From NCBI RefSeq assembly GCF_006345805.1, contig NC_042998.1:60822001-60886000 (forward strand): DNA of 64,000 bases. The letters are read 5' to 3'. The stretch comes from Octopus sinensis (taxonomy: Eukaryota). Below the pieces are notes generated by a model that worked only from the letters and a program-made list of their open reading frames with translations, searched no databases and was not told the origin of the DNA. Shown piece after piece: positions 12,120 to 25,754 of this stretch; position 1 is the stretch's first letter; each line of letters opens with the position of its first letter. The position numbers were made by a program, and so were the translations under genes.

Positions 12120-13574
12120 CTCTGGTCTCATTTCTCTGAAGCTGGAGAGACAAAAAAAAAAACAACAAAAAAAACAATGTGATGACTAAAAGAAGTTAAA
12201 TGATGCCAAAGCTGAGGAAAAAAAGAGGAAGGAAAGTATTTTGCAGCAGACTAGTAATGGCAAAGAAAACTTCTATTCTGAATGATCCAAATGTTTCACT
12301 TGTATTTCATGATAAACCTTCTCTTCCCTGTTATAAGCAATTTTCCATGTCACTGTTGATAAATATATATACATATTATAGTTGATACATAAACCTATTG
12401 ATTCTGTTGAATTTCTTTCCCTCCTATCTGCTTGCTGACACTGTAGATTAGCAATGCCATACCAGAAGTCTTTCATTCTTTGGTCATAATCTGCAGTTTA
12501 CTTTTCACTTACATTTCAGTATTGATTTCATGATTTTATTTAATATTTTCATATTTCATGAAATTCATTTTGTTTGTTTTTGTTAGACATTTCCAAAATA
12601 AATGTTCTTTTTATTTGTTATAAACCTGATAATTGTGTAAGATATTCTAGATAATTCTGAGGCTTTAAGATAGCTTTAAAATTTAACTTCGGGAAATATT
12701 AAAATTCTCTATTAAAATATTCCGCTATCCCCCCACCCACACTAAACTACCCTGATTTCTTGTGCTGAATCCAATGTATTATCTGTCTAAATCTAGAAGC
12801 CTACTTTTATATTTCACTATTTTAGACAAAGGTTGAAATAATGATTACATTATATGGACTGTTGACAAAAATTCTTGATTATGGAATCTCAGAATTGAAT
12901 TAGATATTTTCATTGAGGATTTTTATCTTTCCATAAAGATTTTTTTTTTTTTTTTTTCCCTAAATAAGTTTCAAAATTTTTCTAGTAGTCAGTCTTCCAC
13001 AAATGAATCCAGCTGCAATATGCTTTTGGATCCTTCTATATTTTTGTCTAATTCTTTTTCATATTAGAAAGTTAATATATTTTCAGAAGAAATTATATAT
13101 TTTAGATAACTAACACAAAACTAAATCACAGTTAATTTTTAGTTGCAGCTCATAAATATAATTTAATCCACCAAGTACAATAAAAAAAGAAAAGAAAGAG
13201 AAAAACACATTGAAATATTTCATCAACCATTTACAGTGATGAGTTTTCTATTTTATAACATAAACTGGTAGCTTTTTAGTCATGCTATTTATATACATTT
13301 GCTTTCTTTCTTTTATACATACACATTAAATTTTATTTTAAGATAATACATCAAAACTGGAATAAAGCCCTTAACCAAATTGGATTGATGAATATATAAA
13401 TATGATTACAAATCAAAAGTGTACCTCCAAGCAGTATTGGATTTCTGAATGAAGCTAAATAGAAGGTGTGGGACTTGTCTTTCACTTGCTTTAATACAGA
13501 TCTGCTCTAAGTTTGTTTGTTAACAATTGTTATTATCATTGTTTTGTCCACTTTTCCCATGCTGGCATGGGTTG

Positions 13575-14700
13575 AAAGGGCTTTCTTCAATGTCTTGCCA
13601 CTTGTTGTGGACCCTGGTCATCTCCTTCATCAGGTTCAGCTTTCATCACCTCTTCATCTTTCTCAAGTTTCTTCCATTTAGTTTGCTTTGGTCAGACTCC
13701 TAAGAGACTGGTGTTGGTCTGCATTGGCAAGACTTGTATCATTTAGTAAAATCCACATGATACTGGAGTCAATCTAATCATTTAAACAGAGACCTTAAAC
13801 AAAAACCCAATGAATGAAGCTTAAGAGTAAAAGATAAAAAGTTATGAATTCTAAACAGTTATTGACAACACCCCATCTAAAAAGTTTCTCCTTTCCACTA
13901 AGATTCAGCACTGATTCATAGTTATCGTGTGTCTTCAATGACTCTTATACTGACTACTTGTCTTCCTCCTCCTGTGTCATATAACATTCATGGATAATCT
14001 TGAACAGTGGTGGAACCCACTCTGTATTTGATATACCAAAGTTAACAATAGTTGCCAGAAGGTTCTGTAGCTTGTACTTGAAAGTTTCAAACACAGGTTC
14101 AATTTTCTCGAACTTTTACCATGCTACATCTCTGTTTTGACAAATTCTACTCCATCCTACTGGCAACAAAATATTAATCCAGAGTGTGTTTTGCTGACCT
14201 AAAGATGGTTTCTTTCTCGATTTTGTTGTCAGTAGACTTTCCATAATTGCTAGAACTGGATGAGAAACAGAGCTGATTGCTGGAAAATGTTTTTCTATCA
14301 GCAACAGAATAATTCAGGATTTTTGCAGTGCTTTCCCCCATTTTATGACCATATTTTTTTTTTCATCTATTTATGGGTCTTTACAGTACAGCATCCCACT
14401 ACTTATTGCAGTCTCTTGTCATCTCCTTTGTGAAGCCCAGCTAACTGAGACCAGCTTTCATTTGTTCCGTTGTCTTCTTCCACAGGTTTTCTCCATTCAG
14501 ATTGTGTAATATTTCTTCACCCTGCAGTCATCCTTCATACACATCACATGTCTTTGACAGTGCAGTCTTCTTTCTTATTCACTGCATAGGATTTCTTTTC
14601 CCTCTGTTTTATTTCTTGTTTCACTTGTAGTTTGTGTGTTCATCAATGCTAACTGTACATCTGCTGGGTTTCTCTGTATTTATTACTGAAGATGTCTGAT
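13575..14700 (-). mobile_element. Highly degraded RTE-clade LINE 3' fragments
   Basis: The minus strand yields remnants resembling the RTE C-terminus (HVMxMxDDxxxKK...GRxR). No intact ORF. Confidence 0.45.
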
Positions 14701-14831
14701 AAAGAGAGTATGTGATGTTTGCAAATTGTTACTAGAGCTAATCAAGTGGCATCCTAATTTGTCTCTTAATAGAAATTTTAAGTTTGCTGGCATGGCTGCT
14801 GAGTGGTTATTTTAAATATGAACTGAGGCTC

Positions 14832-14863
<32 letters not shown>

Positions 14864-15709
14864 TAATGGTGAGGATGATTGGTGCAACACTAACGTACCT
14901 TTGTAAGCTAAGGAATAGAGGTGTAAATTAAAGTAAGCTTTTCCTTGTACTACCATTTCCTCTCCTTCCTTCCTTTTCTTCTTTTCCCACTTCCAACTAA
15001 AGCAGAATCATTTTGAAGAAGTATAAATAACTGAAGATTCTTGACCATAAATAGCTGCAACAGTTGGTGTTGGTTCAGTTTTAATGGCAATAGTTCTATC
15101 TATTTTCAATACTTATAGTTTATTTGGGTTTTTGATTTCAAGATTATAGGATAAGCAGGGAAGGGGGGGGAAGAACTATGCCAGTTGGTATTTGGTTAAT
15201 AGACCTTACATCAACCACCTGCCTCATTATTGGTATTGATATTATATCATAGAACTATTGATTCTCACAGATATTTAAGATCCATCTGAAGAGATATGTG
15301 AAGGAAGTAAAAAAATAAACACATACACATGCAGACAATCAATAAATTTCTTTTAACTTGATAAAAGCTACATATTTTACATGTAATACAGGTTGATAAA
15401 GGCATTCTGTTAATGATTGCTTTTATGCAGATACATACTTTCAATGCATGCACATTTATGCATTAAGCACTGCATGATCTTTTACACATTGCCTAATGCT
15501 AACTTTTTGAATACATTTGGTGATTAGTTTTGATTTATAATCACATTTCTCATATTCTCACCAAATGTCCTACATTTAGAGAGACATTTTGTTCTACTTT
15601 AAGTCCCGAAGTTTATTCTGTTGTTGTTCAGTACCCACTGAGCAGACCTATAATCAAAGAAACTCCAGTCATAACCATCCCAACATGTTGTCACTCAAAC
15701 TACATAGCC

Positions 15710-15713
<4 letters not shown>

Positions 15714-15754
<41 letters not shown>

Positions 15755-15980
15755 GGTAGCAAGCTGGCAGAATTGTTAGCATGCAGGATGAAATGCTTAA
15801 TGGTATTTTGTCTTTCTTCACATTATGAGTTCAAATTCTGCCAGTGTCGACTTTGCTTTTCATCCTTTTGGGGTTGATAAATTAAGTACCAGTTACGCAC
15901 TGGGATTGATGTAATTGACAGTCCCCCCCCAAAAAAAATTTTTTAGGTTTTGTGCCTATAGTAGAAAGGATTATTATTAA
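15714..15980 (+). mobile_element. (TTA)n microsatellite followed by SINE family A
   Basis: aaggtagcaagctggcagaattgttagc head and ccccaaaa...ttgtgcctatagtagaaagga tail; CpG-decayed. Confidence 0.8.
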
Positions 15981-16334
15981 GATGAGAGGATGTAATTTGA
16001 GAAAGATGTGGCTTGAGCAACTGTGTAGAAATTCTCTTTATCTGTTAATGTAACACATGTATTACACCTGTGGTGATGTTTTATTCCTTCTTCACTTCTA
16101 ATACAGTATTTCTTCCTTCAATGAAGTAGTAATTTCTTGCATGCAAATTAAATGTTTAAAACAACCACCTTGATGTTTGTAGTTATTTCAAAGAAGGAAA
16201 CCAGCTGTTACTTGTAAGCTTCAGCATTAATTTATTCTTTGGGAGCACAGCTGGAACTGAACTTTTTACAACTTGTATATTAACTTGTTCAATAAATCAT
16301 TTGTTATACATAGTTGTACTACTATTATCACTAA

Positions 16335-16530
16335 GCAAGCTGGCAGAATTGTTAGCATGTCAGAGAGAATGTTTGATGGTGTTTCTTCTGATACTTTACA
16401 TGCTGTGTTCAAATACTACTGTGGTTGATTTTTTTCCCCTTTCATCCTTTTGGGATTAAGTACAAGTTGAGCACTGGAGTTGATGAAATCTGCTTCCCCT
16501 TGCTCTTAAAATTTCTGACCTTGTGCCCAA
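16335..16530 (+). mobile_element. Degraded SINE family A
   Basis: aagcaagctggcagaattgttagc head and ttcatccttttggg core. Confidence 0.65.
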
Positions 16531-19130
16531 ATTATTATTATTATTATTATTGTCTTAGCTTTCACGATCATTCCAAGTAATTCTCCCTTACATGTTAAAT
16601 TTATGTGTGTATGTGTGTGTGTGACTATATCATATATATAGTGTATGTTGTCACTAACTTTTATTATTTACTGTTATTTCTTCAACAAATTAACATACAT
16701 ATTTAGGAAGTTTCTTCATCCTTTGAAACTGAAAGTGAATAAATATTCAATTGGGGGACTGAAAATACTAGTTCCCTTGAACTTAATGAAATTAAGCAGC
16801 TTTTTGTTTGTCTGATGCCATAAAGAAATTTGTTTGAATATAAGACAGTTATTATAAACAATTTTATCAATATTTACTGTCACTCATAAAAATTTTCCAA
16901 TGAAACTAACAAACTAAGCAATCTGATTTTGATCTATACAGTTCTGGATCTGTCTTGCCCCAGTCATAGTAAAAAAACACATTGGTTTACTGGCAGGAGA
17001 TTGTTACTTGTAAGATGGGGGAATGAAGTGGTTTAGGTGTATTCTTGCCAGCAATTAATAAGAGATAAATACCTCCATGATTGTAGCATCCTTGAATTCA
17101 TAGAGAATGGTGCCTGGAAAATTGCTCAGTTAATTTTAGCATTAAATGTTTCACCACTTAATGGTCACTGTGAAGTATTAAACTTAGAATCATAAGATCA
17201 TGGTTTTGATTCCTGAACTGGACAATGCATTGTGTTCTTGAGCAAAACACTTCATTTCACGTTGCTCCAATCAGCTGTAAATGAGTTCCATTAATAACTG
17301 GGAAATTAACCCTATGATGGATCAACATCCCATTCTGGAGAAAGTATTGCAATTTCAGTTACTTGTACACCATAGAAATTGGGTTAAGCTCTGGCTTTAT
17401 ATATCCTAGGGCTTATGACTGACCTACACCCTAAGCATTTCACCACCATAGGCACATTTTTTCAAAGGAAACTGAATCTGCAACAAGTACTTTGTTAAAG
17501 AACATTGATCTTATTTCAAGAGTTAACTCTTGACTTCAAATGTGAAGTTTTCAGAGTTTTCCAGTGATACTTGCTGCCAAATGCATCATCAGTGTGCCAC
17601 TAATATTTCTTTCTAATGCTGAGGTGAAGAAACTCAAACTGTTTGTTTAGTATTCTAGAGAGCCTAGAACACTATGAAAATAATTTGATAAAAGAAGGCT
17701 AAACTCAAACATAATTGTGTCTTCAATGTAACGTGTCTATGATTATATGTATTGAGAGAAAGGGAGATGTGAAAATTAGATTCTTTGCCTGACCATTGCT
17801 CTAAGCAGCAACTAAACATCTCTACAAGTACTAGTCAGTCACTTAGCATATAAACATGATAGGTTATGCTGCATTTACATATATATTAATGGCCAGGAAT
17901 TTTATGTAAGCAGTAAGACATAACATAGAAGAATCAGATTATGAACTAGTTAACTGCTAAGGCTTCCAATATAAAATATTAGGCATTATAACACCAGCCT
18001 GAGACAGAGATTTCCAACTTAAATTGGTACATGTTATGCCTAATATTATTCTGCACGTAAAATTCCTTTTAGTTTTGGCTTGTCCTGTCTTAGAGATTAA
18101 AAAATTGAAGAGGGTTGGAAATATATTTAACCTCAGTTCATATTTAGTCTGAAACGTCCCCATGCTCTTCCTTGATGGTTAAAGCTGCTGGAGTAGGAAT
18201 GAGGTTATTTTAAAGAACATTTGTTCTTTAATATCTATTTTCCATGAGTATGGGAATTTGAATGCAGTGGTTGAGATACAAAGAAAATATTGATCAGTCA
18301 GTATAACTTTCCTCTTTTAACTTCATAATACCTAAATTATCAAAAAGTAAAAAAAAAAAAACAATTGGCAAGTGACAAACAAGACAATAACTACCACATA
18401 TTTTAATTGCTTACATGTAATAATTTTATTTGAAGGAAATGAATATTTACAGAACATAAATCTTTGTTCTTTTTTTCTTTTTACTTTTCATGAGCTTAGT
18501 TGTTGAAGCATCAAAGAATTTATCAACATTAGATATTATAGGGTTAAACTAAGAATCTCAAATTGAAGATGCATTTATACGAGAAGAGTTCACTTCATGC
18601 ATACACCAGTGCATAAAGTGAGCTGCCTAAGAATCTTGATGCATTTATTCCACTCAGATGAGTTTAAGTAATGCAAATCTTGTTGCTGAATTTTTTCTCC
18701 TTTTTCTGTGATGTGCAGTTCTCAAAAAACATTCTCACAAACTTTGTTTTTGTTGCATCTACATAATTTGTTGTTTACAATTTTGATGTTTTTTTTACTC
18801 TTCTTCCATCCAGCACTTCATTTTTTGGCAGTAAGGTGGTGCCTTCCTATTTAACTATTGTTTCAGTGTCATATTTATTTATTGTTATTGCTACATGTCA
18901 ACAAGCTTCTTTTGTTCATTCTTTGCTGTGTACTGTTGTAGATCAGTTCACAACTGATCAGTTTTTATAAATTTTATTGTTTTTTTTTCTTTTAAAATTT
19001 CTTTGCATTTTTTCCAAGTGATATAAAAATGTAACAAAAAGAATCTTTAAAGACATTTGAACAGAGTTTATGTTAAATATTGAAGTCAAGTTTATTACTG
19101 CTGTTATGGTTCTCTAAAAACAAAACCATT

Positions 19131-19167
<37 letters not shown>

Positions 19168-19568
19168 CAGATACGTGTGCATGCATATGTGCACACACAT
19201 ACTTGTTTTAAGCAGCAGTTTTTATATATAAAAAAAGTCATTATGGCATCCACGACCATTTGTGGCTGTAGTAGTCAGATGATATATTTACTTACATATT
19301 TAGTAATTAATAAATTCTATGTATGTGATGGTGGGGTTGTATATAAAATATCACTATTCCATGGCCTCTTTCAGTCTCTCACCCAGTTGCTAAAGTGTGA
19401 GAAAATGCTATAACATGATTTTAAGAGTAAATTGATAATGAAAAAAATACAATTCAGCCAGCTGTTCCCATATATATATATAAGTGTATGTATATTTGTA
19501 TGTGTATATGCATGTATGTATATTTATATATGTATGTACTTACGTGTGTGTGTGTGCATATATGTGTA

Positions 19569-19686
19569 CGAGGGGTGTAGGAAAAGTCATGAACCTAAAA
19601 AAAAAAAAAACATGGTACAAGACCGGATGAAGGTACAGGCCTTCAAGGCTCAAAGGCCTTGAAAGCTCAAAACTTTTCATACACCC

Positions 19687-19690
<4 letters not shown>
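19569..19690. mobile_element. Small mariner-type MITE
   Basis: TIR-like ends cgaggggtgtaggaaaagt ... acttttcatacaccctttg, inserted in TA/TG repeats. Confidence 0.6.
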
Positions 19691-19751
<61 letters not shown>

Positions 19752-19799
19752 GAATGTATGCTTTTTCTCTATATTATATGTATATATGGAAACAGACCA

Positions 19800-20330
19800 T
19801 TTAACAAAGCCCCAATGATGGCTCAATTGTGGCCATAGAAATGACTGCATGCCAGTATCACTGGCACCACCATGATATCAGCACCCTATTTTCCAATATA
19901 TATCTAGCTTACAGGGGCTTATATCATGACAGCTACAATATCACATAATGCTAGGGGGATTATATGCTCACACAGTTCTCATCGGTCTGGTCAAACATTT
20001 GCCACCCTTTATTTATATTAGGATGGTACCTGATGTTTTTGTGCACCTGGCATATGATACTAAACTTTGTCACCTTGAGCTGCTTGGCAGTGACCTTTGT
20101 CAAACTGCTGGAGATTTTGTTGACGATGTTCTAGACTTGTTGGACAAATTTAGCTGTCTTTATGACATCTGACCTGTGAGAATGTTTCTGTCTCTTGGTC
20201 ACGAATGACACATCTCTCCAAAGGTTTGCGTTTCTTTCCTAAATCTGAATGACTCTGTCGAGCCAAGCCACATTCAAGAAGACAATTATCTCCAAGTAAT
20301 GTGTTTGGTAGAAAGAACCACAAGCATAGC
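19800..20330 (-). mobile_element. Degraded Tc1/mariner transposase remnant
   Basis: Minus-strand fragments resemble FVQQVQDIxDE, VHxxIRY and SPDxNPLDYxxW-type motifs, with many stops and frameshifts. Confidence 0.5.
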
Positions 20331-21194
20331 ATACCTTTTCGTTTCCTTTGTCAGATTTAAGCCTGCAATGTTGGGACTGTCAATACATCTGAAGGAGATA
20401 TGAAAAATGTTAAAATTTGGTTCCTGCTACCTAACATTATTTTTGGTCATCTTCCATTTATGGCTTGCTAAAGTTTATTCACAAATACCCAGAGTGTGAG
20501 CATATGCATGTATGAAAGGCACACATCAATGATTAGATGTGTGCGTTTTAAGGTTAAAGTATTTTTAATGGTGCAGGGACAATGGCATTGAACTACACTT
20601 AGTATAGTTATTACCACAGTGACACCAAATCATGGTAGCCTGGTCCTGAATATCCATAACGAAGCAGTATGAATGAAACAGTCAAATTCTCATACCCTCA
20701 CACACATCTAATCACAAACATCCAGACTTTTGGTCCATTAAGCAGTTTAACACCACCTTCTGATAGTTGTCTCTTGCAAATTCCATTCTTTGGCAAACAT
20801 TTCTATCAGATTATAGCATAACTCATTGTCTTGATGCAATGCTTTCTACTGCAGCAACCCATGGGTTGTAGTTTCTTCCTTTTTCTCTACAATCTGGAGA
20901 CCCTGTAAATGACCATGGACTTTGCCCTTCCTTCTCTGAACTAAGCTAAGAAAGAACATGTATAACCACATTTGTACTGTTTTACTTTTACAATATACAA
21001 AGAAATCTGTATAAACTTTGATTTCAACATAACAATGTACACATGTATGTACACATGTATGTATATGTGCATATATTGTTTCCAATTGACAGACAGTTAC
21101 ATGTAACTCAAGACCAAGAGTTTGAGCACTTATCAAATAGTTTAAGTACCATGCATGAAATGGGTAGCTTTCTGCCAATTGAAACTAATAAAAG

Positions 21195-21211
21195 TGTTTG
21201 TGTGTGTGTGT

Positions 21212-21277
<66 letters not shown>

Positions 21278-21278
21278 G

Positions 21279-21318
<40 letters not shown>

Positions 21319-21435
21319 TCTATCTATAAATGCTCTAATATCTATAAAGCCTTGTTTTTTTTATCCTATTACGCAAAAAATTCATATATACATATATAAG
21401 TATATTTATATATATATACATACATGTATTTATAT
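21195..21435. repeat. (TG)n-(CA)n-(TA)n compound microsatellite
   Basis: Direct inspection. Confidence 0.95.
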
Positions 21436-22224
21436 ATATATATCAATGCACATACTATTGTATTGAGTTGTATTTGTCCTGTTTGTTCCAACTTCATAAT
21501 ATTGTGTGTATGTATGTATGTACACATGACATTTCTAAAAATGTTTTTAAAATCCTGTTGAAAACCAATTGTTGAACTAAGAATCTGACAATTGTGATGA
21601 AGTGTTTACAAATGTTTGAAAAGTTTATGTAATTTCTGATAAAACTTTTTAAAAATTCATACTTTTGTTTCTCCCCAACCACTCCTCCTTGTTAAGTCAT
21701 TGACCATTGAAAATTTAGGTAAACAATATCTTTTTGTTTTTATTTTTCGATTTCAATAATGAAATCTGGACAGGTAGAAAATATGAAGAAATCAGTTATG
21801 CATATAACATAATTTGAGTCTCTTTCTTGATAAATTTCTTCCAATGTATTTAAATTCAAAACATATAAAGAGGATGTCTTTTTTTATATATTTTAATGAC
21901 ACTCCACACTTTTTTTTTTTTTGTGAAAATATCCTATCATGGAACTCATCAAAAACATAAAATTAAAGATTTCAAATTGAAATAGTGACACTAAACTCTA
22001 TTCTAGCAAAGATCATTCAGTCTGGAACACTTGCTCATTTCAGTCTCAAATATTTTGTTTAATTAAATTGTTTTGTTTTTTTTTTCTTTTGGTTTCTAAA
22101 ATAAATAAAATAAATGTCATTTTACTGTTTTATTTATTTACTTGTTTCCAATTTAGTTTCTAGTTTAGCTTTTGTAACATTCTCTTTTGTGTCCAAAAGT
22201 TCTTGTTATATCTTTATTTACTTC

Positions 22225-22545
22225 ATCATCATCGTGTACCATACACCTGCAACACATTGATCATCATCATCATTTAACGTCCGCTTTCCATGCTAGCATG
22301 GGTTAGACGGTTTGGCTGAGGTCTGGCAAACCAGATGGCTGCACCAGACTCCAATCTGATCTGGCAGAGTTTCTACAGCTGGATGCCCTTCCTAACGCCA
22401 ACCACTCTGAGAGTGTAGTGGGTGCTTTTACATGCCACCGGCATGAGGGCCAGTTTGGTGGTACTGGCAACGGCCACGTCCAAATGGTGCTTTTTACGTG
22501 CCACCTGCACAGGAGCCAGTCCAGCAGCACTGGTGACGTCCTAAC
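22225..22545. mobile_element. Long copy of the (GAT)n-tailed short interspersed repeat
   Basis: catcatttaacgtccgctttccatgctagcatggg...gatgcccttcctaacgccaaccac; same family as 5213-5720. Confidence 0.85.
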
Positions 22546-22569
22546 GAAAGTCTTTCCAATTAAGCATGA

Positions 22570-23345
22570 GTTCTCCAGCTGCCTTGCTGCTCATGACATT
22601 GTCCATCTACTGCATTCTTTGCCTGCCTCTTGATCTACTACCATCTTCCATGATAATGTTTTCCTGACCTATGCTTCATTGACTATGGCCACAATAGATA
22701 GGCTTTTGTTTTTTCACAATGTTCAGCAGTTGTTGTCTTTCACCTACTTGTAACATTCATTCATTATTCCAAGGGTCCTTGTAAGCGGCTCGTAACAATC
22801 TCCTATAGACTTTTCAAATGCATTGATTATATTCCCTATAAATTTGTTCAGAGTTTATGCTTCACAACCATAAATGCCTATTGGTCTAATAAGCACTCAC
22901 ACTAGCCTTGTTTTTAACTTAATTGGGACACTTTTGCAGTTCCAGATGTTATTAAGCTCTTCCATAAACATCCTTGTCATGACTAGGCCTATCCTAAGTT
23001 TTTCTTAAATGCAGCTTCATTGGAGATTTGAGCACCAAGATACTTATAACTTATACAATTCAACCTGTTCAAGCCTCTCACTGCCCAGTTTGATGTTAAC
23101 ATTTACTGTCTCTTTTTCTCACCATGACTTGTTTCCTTATGTGTATTTGATACTGTCTTCTTCAGTCATGGCAAGTAGAACAGTATTGTCTCTCTAGCTT
23201 AGATTAGAAATATGCAAGCCTATTATTTTGATGCCATCTTCTTCCTGTATTCTCTTATATCCATTGTGTAGATGTTAAACAAGCATGGAGAAAGAATACA
23301 GTCCTGTTGAACTTCTTTCCCATTTTTGAATTTTTCTGTTCTCCT
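22570..23345 (-). mobile_element. Degraded RTE (BovB-like) LINE reverse transcriptase fragment
   Basis: The minus strand reads FKNGKEVQQDCILSPCLFNIY (cf. GVRQGCILSPCLFN), followed by YKYLGAQIS-type and C-terminal remnants. Confidence 0.75.
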
Positions 23346-24528
23346 TATTTACACAAATATAGGACTTGGTAAAAATTAAAATCTTAGTTCATATACAGGT
23401 GCATAGCTTTATGAATAGGTTCAGCTTGATTTGATTCTTTTTGTTTCAGGTTTGCAGTTGGTTGGATAATGTATTGTTAAAAATAAAGTTTTATTATTTG
23501 TTACTAACACTGCACTCCATCCCTTGGATATAATGCACACCATTATGAACTATGAATTCATTTAACATCCATTTGCTTCATGCTATATGAGTCGAGCAGA
23601 ATTTGTTGATTTTTCAATGGTCAGAAATGTTTTTCATGGAAAACTAGAAATGAGAAACACTACTTGCATGATGATGGTGGTGTTCATTTACTACCATCAG
23701 ATGATGGCAAGACAAGGGTACAGCTTTACATCTCATCCCTGTGGAGCTGATAAAAATGAAGTACTAGTCAAGTACAAGAGTCAATATCAACAACTATGCC
23801 TTCTACACAAAAATGTGTCGACATTAGAAATTTTATTTTATTTTTTAAAAATTTAAACTGAAAATGATTGGAAAGAATGAATATTCCTTTTCTTGAATTT
23901 AACTAAACCAAAATACAAAAAGTTCTTGCTTTAGGAAAGAACCACTGATATCTCTTGGCCATCTTTCAACTTACCAACTCATGAAAACTGATTAGGACTG
24001 ACTGTAAATAAATATCAGTTTTATTGCACTTATCTTTTTACCAGTTTGGCTATTCTGGAAAGCTTCCAAGTCTATTTTATGATGTACTTCAGTTCCAGAA
24101 TCAACAGAGATATGTGACATGATAAAGCTCATTTCACTCAGTTCAAATCTATTACTGTATGGTCTTTTCTTGAAACTTGCAGCCAAATAGATAATGCTGT
24201 CTGGCAGCAATATTTTCTGAAACATTTGTGCTATTAAAAAGAGTAGTTTTCTGGTGGTAGTTTCTTCCATCCATGGAAATGTTAATCATTGCAGTAATTC
24301 TTTATTAGGTGAAATCTATAGCTGGTATCTTTTTTTTTTTTTTTTTTTTTGTATCAACTTGCCCAAAACTACTCATGTTTTATAATGCCAACATCCCATT
24401 TAAAAGTGATCTAAAATAAAACCATCCGTCAAAATTTTATGCTAAACTATGTTCTAAATATCAATAGTGTTTATCTCTCTACAGGATGACTTAACTCAAT
24501 TAATAATTCCTCAAAGATTAGAATTACT

Positions 24529-24790
24529 ATCATCATCATCATTTAATGTCTGTTTTCCATGCTAACATAGGTTGCATGATTTGACAGGAACTGGCAAGCC
24601 AGATGACTGCACCAGGCTCTACTATTAACTTAGGCATGGCTTCTATGGCTGGATATCATTCCTAACACCAACCACTTTACAGAGTGTGCTGTGTGCTTTT
24701 CACATGGCACCAACACCAGTGAGGTCACCAAGTAACTTCCAGGACAAAAATCCTTCAACTGAGATGGGAAGTGGTATTGAGGCTTTGTGC
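24529..24790. mobile_element. (GAT)n-tailed short interspersed repeat, CpG-decayed copy
   Basis: catcatcatcatttaatgtctgttttccatgct... Confidence 0.75.
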
Positions 24791-25054
24791 CAGATGATGT
24801 AAGGTAAAACTTAGAGGGACAGAAACAGGTATCTTACTGTAGAGGAGATACATAGCTGCCCCAGTTGGAAGAAGAAGGAGATGGTAGTGATGTGCCGGGG
24901 CATAGCCTCAAGGTACAGTGAGATGAATGTAAGCTGAGTGGTACTGGGGATTGGACAGAGTAAGTGAGCACAGAGTTTGCAACATTGCAGAAGGAGAAAG
25001 GAAATGCAGTGAATGGTGAACAGGGATATATAGGGAATATATATATCTATAACT

Positions 25055-25340
25055 GGCACTCCACTGGTTATGATGACAAGGGTTCCAGTTGTTCCGATTA
25101 ATGGAACAGCTTGCTCATGAGATTAATGTGCAAGTGGTCAAGCACTCCACAAGCATGCATACCCCTTCACATACTTCTCAGGGAGATTGTGTGACAAGGC
25201 TGCCCCCTTGAAATACACATATGACTCATTTTTGCCAGCCGAGTGGACTGGATCACCATGAAATAAAGTGTCTTGCTCAAGGACATAATACAGCAGTGGG
25301 AATTGAACTCATGATCTCACAAACACGAGCCGAATACCAC
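25055..25340 (-). mobile_element. SINE family C, degraded
   Basis: Similar to 58700-59063. Confidence 0.7.
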
Positions 25341-25715
25341 TTTTTATGCAAAGAATGCAATGCATGCTTAAGATGTATAGTTGAATGGAAATAACATAAT
25401 CAAAATTTAAATCTTTCATTTTTATGAGAAACAAGTGGAAAGAAACCAGATTCCCTCAAATTATACATGACTTTCATTTTCTAGATGACATGCTGGTTTA
25501 GGTAGCAGGAGTTGCCCTGATCTGTATGTTATCATCATCTTCATTTTATATTCACATTTCAATGCGGATACAAGCCAGATGGATTTTCTGAGACATTATT
25601 TCATGGCTGGGTGCCCTTCTGGCCACCAAACATTTCAGTCTTACTTATGATGCTACTGGGATACACATGGTATTGTATGTTTATAAACATACCATGTGTA
25701 ATCCAGTTGTATACC

Positions 25716-25754
<39 letters not shown>

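Noticed and set aside
16206-17014. The 13-mer tgttacttgtaag at 16206, 17002 and 63499, each resembling a splice donor after an AG
   Set aside because: The putative exons (31 and 68 nt) are unrelated to each other, give no recognisable peptide, and the recurrence is plausible by chance in AT-rich DNA.
19290-19400. Minus-strand acceptor/donor pair (QLGERLKEAME*)
   Set aside because: All frames are closed; it cannot be linked to other exons.
20560-20940. Minus-strand segment with good splice-like sites and protein-like stretches (YNPWVAAVESIASRQ)
   Set aside because: Stops occur in all three frames and I recognise no homology; it is possibly an old TE or pseudogene remnant.
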